A stretch of DNA of 64,000 nucleotides, from IMG/VR virus record IMGVR_UViG_3300022927_000007; one strand, 5' to 3'. The stretch comes from an uncultured virus (IMG/VR IMGVR_UViG_3300022927_000007) (taxonomy: Duplodnaviria; Heunggongvirae; Uroviricota; Caudoviricetes). Under the pieces are notes generated by a model. It was not told the origin of the DNA. It was given only the letters and a program-made list of their open reading frames with translations, and ran no database searches. The first letter of the stretch is position 1. Every line of letters begins with the position of its first letter. Shown here in pieces: positions 55,631 through 64,000 of this stretch. Made by a program: the position numbers and the translations under genes.

Positions 55631-57346
55631 ATGAGTTGGAAAAGATATTTTACACCGGTAGAAACTGGTAATGTAAGCCCATTCTCGTCAGCAAGTAGTG
55701 GACAGCCTGGACCGGCAAAATCAAATTATAGTAGTTTCCTTCCTGATGTCTATAGCGGAGCTCCAAATAGAGCAGAACGTTATGGACAATATAATGTTAT
55801 GGATATGGATAGTGAAGTTAATGCGGCACTAGATATTCTTGCTGAATTTTGTACACAGCAAAATCCACAAAATAAAACCAGTTTTAGTTTAGACTTTAAA
55901 CAAAAAGCTACTAATAGCGAAATTAAAGTACTCGAAAACTACTTGCAACAATGGACTAGACTTAATAGTTTTAATACGAGAATGTTTCGTATTATTAGAA
56001 ATGTGTTTAAATTTGGTGATGCATTTTTTATTAGAGATCCAGAAACTAAAAAATGGCATCACGTTGATCCTGCAAAAGTTTCAAGTATCATTGTTAACGA
56101 AAGCACAGGAAAAACTCCTGAGCAATATATTGTAAAAGACATTAACTTAAATTTTGTTGATAAAGTAGCAACTACACCTTATACAACTAACGGCAACGTA
56201 ACTGGAGGCGGTGACGGCTATTTAACTGGCGGTGTTAGAGGAATGGTTGGTAACACATCAACACAGAGTTCAAGTTCAAGATTTGGTCACGATAAACAAA
56301 AAGAATTTGCTGTTGATGCTGAACATATGGTACATTTAAGTCTAAGTGAAGGCTTAGATAATAACGCTCCATTTGGTAACAGTCTATTAGAAACTATTTT
56401 TAAAGTTTATAAACAAAAAGAATTGCTTGAAGATGCGATTATTATCTATCGCGTACAAAGAGCTCCAGAAAGAAGAGTATTTTATGTTGATGTGGGTAAC
56501 ATGCCTTCACACCTTGCTATGCAATTTGTGGAGCGTGTAAAAACGGAAATCCATCAAAGAAGGATCCCATCGAAGACAGGAGGCGGAACTAATGTCATAG
56601 ACTCAGCTTATAATCCTCTGTCAACCAACGAAGATTACTTCTTCCCACAAACTGCTGAAGGTAGAGGATCTAAAGTTGATACACTACCAGGCGGTACAAA
56701 CCTTGGTGAGATTGACGACTTAAAATACTTTACTAATAAACTTATTAGAGGTTTACGTATTCCAAGTTCATATTTGCCAAGTGCGGCACAAGATGAAGGA
56801 CAAGGCCAATTTAACGATGGTAGAGTTGGAACAGCATATATTCAAGAATTGCGTTTTAACAAATATTGCGAGCGTTTACAAAATTTAGTTACAGAAGTTT
56901 TTAATTTAGAATTTAAACGTTATCTAGTAGAAAAAGGAATTAACATTGATGTTGCGATGTTTGACCTTGTGTTTCAACCACCACAAAACTTTGCAAGTTA
57001 TAGACAATCAGAACTTGATAATCAAAGGATTGGTACGTTTGCACAAATACAAGCTATTCCGTTTATTAGTAATAGATATGCATTAAAGCGTTTCTTAGGA
57101 ATGAGCGATGCAGAAGTTGCAGAAAACGAACGTTTATGGAAAGAAGAAAACGACGAATTAGTAGTTAGTCCAACAGATGCAAGTGCAGAAATGCGAGGAG
57201 CAGGAATTAGTGGAGCAGGTATTGAAGGTGATTTAGGAAGCGCAGTTGATACAGCAGACGATGCAGAAGAACCTACAGTAACAGGTACCGACGAAGGTCC
57301 TGAAAGTGCTACTACACCAGCACCAGAACCTACGCCAGAGGCATAA
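55631..57346 (+). CDS. gp20: Portal protein (T4 gp20-like)
   Basis: LLEDAIIIYRVQRAPERRVFYVDVGNMP, EDYFFP, TLPGG.NLGEIDD..YF. Confidence 0.92.
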   Translation: MSWKRYFTPVETGNVSPFSSASSGQPGPAKSNYSSFLPDVYSGAPNRAERYGQYNVMDMDSEVNAALDILAEFCTQQNPQNKTSFSLDFKQKATNSEIKVLENYLQQWTRLNSFNTRMFRIIRNVFKFGDAFFIRDPETKKWHHVDPAKVSSIIVNESTGKTPEQYIVKDINLNFVDKVATTPYTTNGNVTGGGDGYLTGGVRGMVGNTSTQSSSSRFGHDKQKEFAVDAEHMVHLSLSEGLDNNAPFGNSLLETIFKVYKQKELLEDAIIIYRVQRAPERRVFYVDVGNMPSHLAMQFVERVKTEIHQRRIPSKTGGGTNVIDSAYNPLSTNEDYFFPQTAEGRGSKVDTLPGGTNLGEIDDLKYFTNKLIRGLRIPSSYLPSAAQDEGQGQFNDGRVGTAYIQELRFNKYCERLQNLVTEVFNLEFKRYLVEKGINIDVAMFDLVFQPPQNFASYRQSELDNQRIGTFAQIQAIPFISNRYALKRFLGMSDAEVAENERLWKEENDELVVSPTDASAEMRGAGISGAGIEGDLGSAVDTADDAEEPTVTGTDEGPESATTPAPEPTPEA

Positions 57347-57354
57347 ATACTATT

Positions 57355-57594
57355 ATGATATTACGTGAATTATTTTATTTTGACAAAGAAACTATTGAAC
57401 CTGTTGAAGATAAAGGTTATGATGCTACGGATGACGATAGCATTGTAAAGCGCGACGACACACGTAAAACTCGACTTACGCTAAGACAAATTAACAAAGC
57501 CCGTAAAGCATCCGAACTTCATGTAGAAGAAACAGAAAAAGAATTAGGTTTCGTACGTCAAATGTACGGAATACAAGCACAACCTGAAATATAG
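57355..57594 (+). CDS. Small hypothetical protein of the head module
   Basis: TAAATA 5 nt upstream of the ATG; RLTLRQINK motif. Confidence 0.65.
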   Translation: MILRELFYFDKETIEPVEDKGYDATDDDSIVKRDDTRKTRLTLRQINKARKASELHVEETEKELGFVRQMYGIQAQPEI

Positions 57595-57606
57595 GACTTT
57601 TTGTTA

Positions 57607-58206
57607 ATGACGGTAGCATTCGTACTTGGCAACGGCGAAAGTCGTAGAGACATTGATATAAATTCATTAAAACAATACGGTAAAGTGTACGCATGTAATG
57701 CAGTCTTTAGAAAGCACGAACCTGACTATCTAGTTGCAGTTGATGTTAAAATGATCTTAGAGATTAATCAACAAAAATGGCAAATGAGTCACGAAGTTTG
57801 GACCAATCCTAATAAACAATTTCACGGAATGCAAGGATTTAATTTCTTTCAACCTAGTAAAGGATGGAGTAGTGGTCCAACAGCATTATGGCTTGCAAGT
57901 ACACACGGACATGATACAATATACATATTAGGGTTTGATTTTCACGGAGCACCTGATAAGTATGGACAGCGTACAAAGGTAAATAATTTATACGCAGGAA
58001 CACAGAATTATAAACGTGAAGGTGATCCTGCTACGTATTTTGGCAATTGGGAGAGACAAACATCATCGACATGTGACGCACATCAAGGTACACAATATAT
58101 TAGAGTTAGAGAAGACAATGACGACTTTGTACCTAAACAATTAAAAAAATGTAAGAATTTGTCACACATAAATTTAAGCGAATTTAAAAGATATTACGAT
58201 TTTTAA
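57607..58206 (+). CDS. Maf/DUF115 (MptE-like) or sialyltransferase-like Rossmann protein
   Basis: VLGNGESR, YACNA, PDYLVAVD, SSGPTALWLA, IYILGFD. Confidence 0.6.
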   Translation: MTVAFVLGNGESRRDIDINSLKQYGKVYACNAVFRKHEPDYLVAVDVKMILEINQQKWQMSHEVWTNPNKQFHGMQGFNFFQPSKGWSSGPTALWLASTHGHDTIYILGFDFHGAPDKYGQRTKVNNLYAGTQNYKREGDPATYFGNWERQTSSTCDAHQGTQYIRVREDNDDFVPKQLKKCKNLSHINLSEFKRYYDF

Positions 58207-58216
58207 ACACTTTTTT

Positions 58217-58235
58217 TCAAAACGAGTCGTTTTGA
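58217..58235. repeat. Perfect 9-bp inverted repeat TCAAAACGA-G-TCGTTTTGA
   Basis: Read directly; upstream of TAAATA at 58268-58273. Confidence 0.6.
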
Positions 58236-58316
58236 CACCATTTACCACCGCTTTTTTAAGGTATGTGTAAATAATAGTAGACAGCCTTACCAATAAACTT
58301 ATTATAGGAGAAAACA

Positions 58317-59228
58317 ATGGCAGACACAACAAAGCTAGAGCAAATGCTCGAAAAATTAGTTAACAACGATCGCGATGGAGCTGATCAGTTGTTTCATGAA
58401 TTTGTGATTGAAAAATCACGTAGCATCTACGAAAAAATGATCGAATCTGATCTAGAAGATCTAGAAGTAGATGAAGCTACAGATGAAGAAGTAGATGAAG
58501 CTACAGATGAAGAAGTAGATGAAGCTACAGACGACGAAGATTTAGAAGAATCAGACGACGAAGAAGTCGATGAAAACTTTGACGAATTTACACCAGAAGC
58601 TGACCCAATGGGCGGCGAGCCAGGCCCAGACATGTTAAAAGACATTGAAGCCGATGGCGACGACGAAGACGGTGTAATGGATATGGGCGACGAAGGTGAA
58701 GAAGGCGAAGAAGAGCTAGAAGACCGTGTAGTTGACCTAGAAGATGCACTTGATGACCTAAAGGCAGAATTTGAAAAAATGATGTCTGGAGAAGAAGGCG
58801 ACATGGACGATGAAGGCGACGAAGATGGCGACGAAATGGACATGGACGACGAAGGTGATGAAGAAGCAGAAGAAGAGTCATATGACCCTTCAACACTTGG
58901 CATGCCAGCTTATGAAGGTAAAAAATCACAAGCAGAGCAAATGAGAGAGTATGTTGAAAAAGTTGCCGCACCAAAAGGTGAAGACAACAAAGCAAAATCT
59001 CCAGTTGCTGGCAAAAACGACATGGGCGGAACTACTGCAAATATTGCTAAAGGTTCAGCTGAAGAAAAAGGTGGAAGCGTAAGTACTCCAAATGTAGAAG
59101 ACTTTAATCAAGTTAATGTATCTGGTAACAAAAAAGCACCTGCAATGTCAAATGCCAAAGGCCACGGCGCAGAGAAAAAAGGCGCAGGCGAAACTGGAAC
59201 AAATAGTAAAAGTACTATTGGTTCTTAA
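58317..59228 (+). CDS. Acidic prohead core protein (gp67/gp68 position)
   Basis: Extremely D/E-rich; lies between portal and prohead protease. Confidence 0.65.
   Translation: MADTTKLEQMLEKLVNNDRDGADQLFHEFVIEKSRSIYEKMIESDLEDLEVDEATDEEVDEATDEEVDEATDDEDLEESDDEEVDENFDEFTPEADPMGGEPGPDMLKDIEADGDDEDGVMDMGDEGEEGEEELEDRVVDLEDALDDLKAEFEKMMSGEEGDMDDEGDEDGDEMDMDDEGDEEAEEESYDPSTLGMPAYEGKKSQAEQMREYVEKVAAPKGEDNKAKSPVAGKNDMGGTTANIAKGSAEEKGGSVSTPNVEDFNQVNVSGNKKAPAMSNAKGHGAEKKGAGETGTNSKSTIGS
58464..58535 (+). repeat. In-frame tandem repeat, 3 x 24 nt (EVDEATDE)
   Basis: GAAGTAGATGAAGCTACAGATGAA twice plus one variant copy. Confidence 0.85.
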
Positions 59229-59243
59229 TTGAGGATTATGGGG

Positions 59244-59876
59244 ATGCATAACTTAACCGAAACACTATCATTCGACCAAGCTAAAATGGTCGTTGAGACT
59301 ACTGAAAATAGTGCAGGTGGTAAGGACTTGTACTTAAAAGGTATCTGCATTCAAGGTGGTGTTCGTAACGCAAACCAGCGTGTATATCCTGTAAGTGAGA
59401 TCAGTAGGGCTGTCAACACGCTCAACGATCAAATTCAAGGCGGGTATAGTGTATTAGGCGAAGTTGATCATCCTGAAGGACTCAATATTAACTTAGATCG
59501 TGTAAGCCATATGATCACAGAAATGTGGATGGATGGTCCAAACGGTTATGGAAAACTAAAAATTATTCCAACCCCGATGGGACAACTAGTTCAAACCATG
59601 ATTCAAAATGGTGTAAAACTAGGTGTTTCATCAAGGGGATCGGGTAATGTAAAAGATGATGGTAGCGGGGAAGTCAGCGAATTTGAAATAATCACTGTCG
59701 ATGCCGTTGCCCAACCAAGTGCTCCTGGGGCTTATCCAACGCCTATTTACGAGCACCTAATGAATACTCGTGGTGGGTATAAGGCATACAATTTGGCTCG
59801 CGAACTTAATGGCGATGAAAAGGCACAGAAGTATTTAAAGGAGTCGTTGATAAACATTATCAGCGGACTCAAATAG
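59244..59876 (+). CDS. gp21: Prohead protease (T4 gp21-like)
   Basis: NANQRVYP, LGEVDHP, TPMG, LGVSSRG.G, DAVAQPSAP.A. Start could instead be 59238. Confidence 0.92.
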   Translation: MHNLTETLSFDQAKMVVETTENSAGGKDLYLKGICIQGGVRNANQRVYPVSEISRAVNTLNDQIQGGYSVLGEVDHPEGLNINLDRVSHMITEMWMDGPNGYGKLKIIPTPMGQLVQTMIQNGVKLGVSSRGSGNVKDDGSGEVSEFEIITVDAVAQPSAPGAYPTPIYEHLMNTRGGYKAYNLARELNGDEKAQKYLKESLINIISGLK

Positions 59877-59890
59877 ACTAGGAGAAACAA

Positions 59891-60991
59891 ATGTTAGATG
59901 CACTGAAAGCACTCTTTGAAAACAATGTAGTTTCAGAAGACATCAAACTAGAGATCGAAGAAGCATGGAATGCAAAAATTCGCGAGAATAAGATGCAAGC
60001 TACAGCTGAACTTCGCGAAGAGTTTGCTCAAAAGTATGAGCACGACAAGCAAACAATGGTAGAAGCTATTGACGCAATGCTTGCCGATAAACTAAGCGAA
60101 GAAATTACTGAGTTCCAAGATGATCGCCAAAAATTAGCTGAAGCAAGAGCAAAATATGCCGTAGCAATGCGTGAAAACGCAAACCTAATGCAAAAATTTG
60201 TTGTACAGCAGTTAGGTAAAGAAATTGGCGAATTACACGAAGATCAGAAATTAATGGCTGACAAGTTCCATACATTGGAGAACTTTATTGTTGATGCACT
60301 TTCTAAAGAAATTGCAGAATTTTATGAAGATAAAAAAGATTTAGCTGAAACAAAGGTACGTTTAGTACGTGAAGCTAAAGATCATCTAGCCAAGGTTAAA
60401 TCCAAGTTTATCCAAGACGCAACACATGTTGTCGCAGAAACCGTTGACAAAGGTCTAAAGTCAGAAATTAGTCAATTAAAAGAAGACATTGATGCGGCTC
60501 GCAGAAATGACTTTGGTCGTAAGTTGTTTGAATCATTCGCTAGCGAATATCAATCAAGTTACTTAAATGAAAAGTCTGAGACTGCAAAACTATTAAAAGT
60601 AGTTGAGTTAAAAGATAAGCAATTAGCCGAAGCTAAAGCGCAGGCAGCAGAAAAAGCAAAACTAGTAGAAAGCAAAGACGCTGAAATTAAAGTTGCTAAA
60701 AATACTGCACAGCGTAAAGAAATTATGAATGAATTACTCGGTCCTTTAAACAAAGGTCAAAGAGAAATCATGTCAGACTTACTGGAATCTGTACAAACCG
60801 AAAAACTGCACAAGTCTTTCGATAAGTACATGCCAAGCGTTATCGCAGGGAACACACCAGTGAAGGAAACCAAGGCAACACTTACAGAAGGCACACATAT
60901 TACAGGCAATAAGACAAATAATGACACTAATGCAAGCGTAGATTCAGCAAATAACGTTGTTGAACTCAAAAGACTTGCAGGATTGAAATAA
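59891..60991 (+). CDS. gp22: Prohead scaffold protein (T4 gp22-like)
   Basis: Coiled-coil E/K/A-rich protein between the protease and capsid genes. Confidence 0.8.
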   Translation: MLDALKALFENNVVSEDIKLEIEEAWNAKIRENKMQATAELREEFAQKYEHDKQTMVEAIDAMLADKLSEEITEFQDDRQKLAEARAKYAVAMRENANLMQKFVVQQLGKEIGELHEDQKLMADKFHTLENFIVDALSKEIAEFYEDKKDLAETKVRLVREAKDHLAKVKSKFIQDATHVVAETVDKGLKSEISQLKEDIDAARRNDFGRKLFESFASEYQSSYLNEKSETAKLLKVVELKDKQLAEAKAQAAEKAKLVESKDAEIKVAKNTAQRKEIMNELLGPLNKGQREIMSDLLESVQTEKLHKSFDKYMPSVIAGNTPVKETKATLTEGTHITGNKTNNDTNASVDSANNVVELKRLAGLK

Positions 60992-61001
60992 GGAGAAAAT
61001 A

Positions 61002-62165
61002 ATGTCAGAACTATTTGAGAGTCGCTGGCAGGATACCAAAAATGCACTTCTTGAAGGCCTTGAAGGCAACAAGAAAGCTGTAATGGGTGTTACTCTAGAA
61101 AATACTAAAAGGTATTTGGCAGAGAATGCGACAGCAGGTGCAACTTCTGCAGGTAATGTTGCTACACTAAACAGAGTTATCCTTCCGGTAATTAGACGAG
61201 TTATGCCAACTGTTATCGCCAACGAATTAGTTGGTGTACAGCCCATGACAGGTCCAGTGGGTCAAATCCACACACTAAGAGTACGCTACGCAGATTCATT
61301 TGATGATGTAACTGCTGGTGAAGAAGCTCTATCACCATTCAAAATTGGTGTTGGCTACAGTGGCGGCGGTTCTACCGACAAAGCTGATGCAACAGCAACA
61401 CTTGAAGGTGCCGCTGGTAAGAGAATGTCTATCCAGATCTTAAAGCAAACAGTAGAAGCAAAAACCAGAAAGCTATCAGCTCGCTGGACTTTTGAATCTG
61501 CTCAAGATGCACAAGCCCAACAAGGCATTGACATCGAAGCTGAGATCATGGCAGCTCTTGCACAGGAGATTACAGCTGAAATCGATCAAGAAGTACTTGC
61601 TTCTTTACGTTCACTAGCTGGAACTGCTGAATCAGACGTACAATACGATCAGTCATCTGTAAGTGGTACTGCCACTTTCGTTGGCGATGAGCATGCGGCA
61701 CTAGCTGTTATGATCAACCGTGTTGCAAACAAGATTGCCGCTCGTACACGTCGTGGCGCAGGTAACTATGCAGTGGTTTCACCATATGCATTGACTATCC
61801 TACAGTCCGCAACAACTTCTGCGTTCGCAAGAACAACTGAAGGTACATTCGAAGCACCAACTAACACTAAGATGGTTGGTACATTGAACGGCGCGATGAA
61901 AGTCTACGTTGATGCATACGCATCAGACGCAACTGACGTACTAGTTGGATACAAAGGATCAAGCGAATCAGACGCACCAGCGTTCTACGCTCCTTACATT
62001 CCTCTAATGTCAAGTGGTGTTGTGTTAGACCCAGCATCATTCGAGCCTGTCGTATCATTTATGACACGTTACGGATATGTTGAGCTATCAAACGTTGCTT
62101 CTTCACTTGGTAATGCCGCTGACTACTTAGGTAGAATCAGTATTGCCAATGTAAGCTTCAGCTAA
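61002..62165 (+). CDS. gp23: Major capsid protein (T4 gp23-like)
   Basis: GVQPMTGP.GQI, EAKTRKLSARWT.E.AQD, EIDQE, FYAPYIPL, MTRYG. Confidence 0.95.
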   Translation: MSELFESRWQDTKNALLEGLEGNKKAVMGVTLENTKRYLAENATAGATSAGNVATLNRVILPVIRRVMPTVIANELVGVQPMTGPVGQIHTLRVRYADSFDDVTAGEEALSPFKIGVGYSGGGSTDKADATATLEGAAGKRMSIQILKQTVEAKTRKLSARWTFESAQDAQAQQGIDIEAEIMAALAQEITAEIDQEVLASLRSLAGTAESDVQYDQSSVSGTATFVGDEHAALAVMINRVANKIAARTRRGAGNYAVVSPYALTILQSATTSAFARTTEGTFEAPTNTKMVGTLNGAMKVYVDAYASDATDVLVGYKGSSESDAPAFYAPYIPLMSSGVVLDPASFEPVVSFMTRYGYVELSNVASSLGNAADYLGRISIANVSFS

Positions 62166-62185
62166 GTTTAAAACTTACTAAAACG

Positions 62186-62212
62186 AAAAAAGGCCCTTCG
62201 GGGCCTTTTTTT
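62186..62212 (+). terminator. Rho-independent terminator after the major capsid gene
   Basis: AAAAAAGGCCC-TTCG-GGGCCTTTTTTT (UUCG loop followed by a U-tract). Confidence 0.9.
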
Positions 62213-62231
62213 ATGACTTGAGTAAACTTTG

Positions 62232-62238
62232 ATAAATA
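62232..62238 (+). promoter_or_regulatory. Late-promoter-like ATAAATA
   Basis: Directly after the terminator and ~90 nt upstream of the 62328 start. Confidence 0.55.
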
Positions 62239-62327
62239 CTTGTGTCGTAAATCGTGCTATCAAATAGATAGACTTATGCAGAATTGACCCACTGCGTAGA
62301 CCTAGAACGTTTTATAAGGAGAAACAA

Positions 62328-62702
62328 ATGGGACGTCCATTAAATAAAAGAAACTTTGGTGTATTAGCAGACGGTACTAACTTAACAATTAACTGTAAAG
62401 TTGGAGCAAACTCAGCTACAGAACAAGGTATGATCATTTCACAAAGATCACAAAATAAATTTAAAGTTGATGATTCAAAACTTGGATCAGGTAACGAAGG
62501 TGTATGTACACTAGTTGCTAAAGCAAGCGGTTCATTAGCCGACAATGAAATGTCAATTAACGGCATCATTACAGCAGATGGTTCAAGTGTATGGGTTACT
62601 AAAATTTACAACAGAACTTGTAGAGATGAAAACAATAATCGTTACAAGTGGACTGTTGAAGATGATTCAACAGTGTCATACATGGCACTAGTTGCCATCT
62701 AA
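62328..62702 (+). CDS. Probable virion structural protein (head-associated)
   Basis: Strong AAGGAG Shine-Dalgarno; directly after gp23; beta-rich 124 aa starting MGRPLNK. Confidence 0.6.
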   Translation: MGRPLNKRNFGVLADGTNLTINCKVGANSATEQGMIISQRSQNKFKVDDSKLGSGNEGVCTLVAKASGSLADNEMSINGIITADGSSVWVTKIYNRTCRDENNNRYKWTVEDDSTVSYMALVAI

Positions 62703-62708
62703 GGATTA

Positions 62709-62732
62709 GTGTGGGGGAGAAATTCCCCACAC
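62709..62732 (+). other. Intergenic stem-loop with GAAA tetraloop
   Basis: GTGTGGGGGA-GAAA-TTCCCCACAC; no U-tract. Confidence 0.6.
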
Positions 62733-62750
62733 ACATACAAGGAATTTTAG

Positions 62751-63716
62751 ATGTCAAAGACTTTAAATGTAAACAGCGGAAATTACACAGTACGAGTACC
62801 ACAGGGTAATCGAATTACTCTTGATACTGGCGCAGAATTAGGAGAAGTTAGAATAACAGGAGACCTAGTTGTTGACGGTAATACTGTAACTGTTAATTCT
62901 GAAGATTTAAGTCTTAAAGATAATATTATTATACTTAATGCTGGAGAAGAAGGTTCTACAGGTATTACACTTGATCAGTCTGGTATACGAATTGAAAGAG
63001 GTACTAGTTCAAGTTATCCAGATGTATTTTTTGTATTTGATGAAAATACAACACATAATGATCCAATTTCACAAACTGTTAAAGGCGGAACTTTTACTTT
63101 TAAAGACGAAAACAACGCACTGATTGGTATTAGAACTAATAGCATTTCAACCGGTGGCGGCGATTTATACTTAATTAATTCAGGTACAGGAGTTCTTAGT
63201 GTTAGCGGAACAAACAATTATGAAGCACAAGTTACCGATGATGACGATGTACCTAATAAAAAATATGTAGACGATGCTATTACAACAGGTATTCAAACAA
63301 TTACAATTCAGAGTATTCAAAGAGGTGACTCTGCGCTTAATCTTTTTGATCAAAGTTTAGATCCAGGTGTTAGCGGATTTAAAGTTACAATTGACGGATA
63401 CGAAGTAGCATTATTTAGACAAGACAGCACAGAGATTGAACAACTTATTTTTAATGATGCAACAATTTCTACTACAGCAAGCGGCGACGATTTGACACTT
63501 AGTAGTAACGGATCACCTTTTGTAAAAATTGACAGTGTTTTAAGAATGCCTATACAGAGCGATGCAACTGTAATTGCTAGTAGTGCTAATGACATTGGAA
63601 TTTATGCAAAGAATCCCGGCTTTGGTAATTCAGGAGTATGGTATAAAAACAAAAACAACTATGAAGATGAATTGATAAGTACTAATAAATCATTGTTATA
63701 TAGTATGTTATTTTAA
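62751..63716 (+). CDS. Virion structural protein (fibre-like)
   Basis: ITGDLVVDGNT.TVNS.DL..KDN.I.LN and PNKKYVD motifs, resembling 14178..16013. Confidence 0.6.
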   Translation: MSKTLNVNSGNYTVRVPQGNRITLDTGAELGEVRITGDLVVDGNTVTVNSEDLSLKDNIIILNAGEEGSTGITLDQSGIRIERGTSSSYPDVFFVFDENTTHNDPISQTVKGGTFTFKDENNALIGIRTNSISTGGGDLYLINSGTGVLSVSGTNNYEAQVTDDDDVPNKKYVDDAITTGIQTITIQSIQRGDSALNLFDQSLDPGVSGFKVTIDGYEVALFRQDSTEIEQLIFNDATISTTASGDDLTLSSNGSPFVKIDSVLRMPIQSDATVIASSANDIGIYAKNPGFGNSGVWYKNKNNYEDELISTNKSLLYSMLF

Positions 63717-63727
63717 AGGAAAAACAA

Positions 63728-64000
63728 ATGGCAATTACAAATAAAAAAATTACTTCTTCAGATACAACGTTGTTAACAGTTCCAGCAGGTAAAAGATATG
63801 CTATTACTACTATTATGGTTTGCAATTCACAACCTGCAGATACAGGCGGCGGCAATGATGCAACTTTTGATCTACATTTTATTCCAAGCGGCCAAACAAA
63901 AGGATATGCAGATCCAAACTCTAATCAAATATTAAATGATTTAAAAGTAGCAGGTGCTGATACATTTTCTTTTGATACAGAAAAGATTGTATTGGAAGAA
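63728..64000 (+). CDS. Probable structural protein, partial (runs off the window)
   Basis: AAGGA Shine-Dalgarno; MAITNKKITSSDTTLLTVPAGKRYAITTIMVCN... open to the window end. Confidence 0.6.
   Translation, partial: MAITNKKITSSDTTLLTVPAGKRYAITTIMVCNSQPADTGGGNDATFDLHFIPSGQTKGYADPNSNQILNDLKVAGADTFSFDTEKIVLEE

Noticed and set aside
58232..58262. TTGACA as a sigma70 -35 box
   Set aside because: No acceptable -10 hexamer at 16-18 nt spacing.
58464..58535. Direct repeats as a possible CRISPR array
   Set aside because: Contiguous in-frame coding repeats with no spacers; no cas genes in the window.
58427..58995. Ser-rich and Leu/Arg-rich minus-strand ORFs
   Set aside because: Antisense shadows of the GAA/GAT-rich acidic gene.
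62240..62327. Known riboswitch or self-cleaving ribozyme in the leader
   Set aside because: Could not match the conserved cores of hammerhead, twister, pistol, hatchet or common riboswitches by eye.
1..64000. Stop-codon reassignment, tRNA genes, introns or inteins in core genes
   Set aside because: Genes are full-length in the standard code and end in TAA, TAG and TGA. Portal, gp46, gp47 and capsid genes have ordinary sizes. No tRNA cloverleaf was noticed.

Overview
This is a 64-kb AT-rich segment of a large T4-like myovirus (contractile-tailed dsDNA phage) covering the virion morphogenesis region. (1) Positions 1-45.5 kb form one minus-strand block. In transcription order it runs: tube-initiator-like gene, gp53, hub, gp5 spike with a C-terminal GH19 domain, PAAR fused to an M15 peptidase, gp25, gp6, a 4987-aa giant structural protein and paralogous fibre genes. 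These run straight into an 11.7-kb cluster of at least 6 radical-SAM enzymes (one truncated by the window edge), 4 glycosyltransferase-like genes, a methyltransferase and an SGNH hydrolase. (2) Positions 45.6-49.9 kb (plus strand) carry late sigma factor gp55, gp47, gp46 and a stand-alone GIY-YIG nuclease. The nuclease is followed directly by about 490 nt of non-coding sequence that folds by eye into a multi-helix, probably pseudoknotted RNA. (3) Positions 50.4-55.6 kb carry a 2OG-Fe(II) oxygenase-like gene, a probable internal head protein, gp26 and a tape-measure-like gene. gp26 ends in a strong candidate programmed -1 frameshift into an unannotated ORF. (4) Positions 55.6-64 kb are the head module (portal, Maf/DUF115-like protein, acidic core, protease, scaffold, major capsid) and further structural genes. 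TAA(A/G)TA late-promoter motifs and two near-consensus sigma70 promoters are visible. The top candidates for something new are the GIY-YIG plus large structured RNA locus, the gp26 frameshift, the late radical-SAM/glycosyltransferase cluster and the double-hydrolase spike. All calls come from reading motifs by eye; no searches or folding programs were run.
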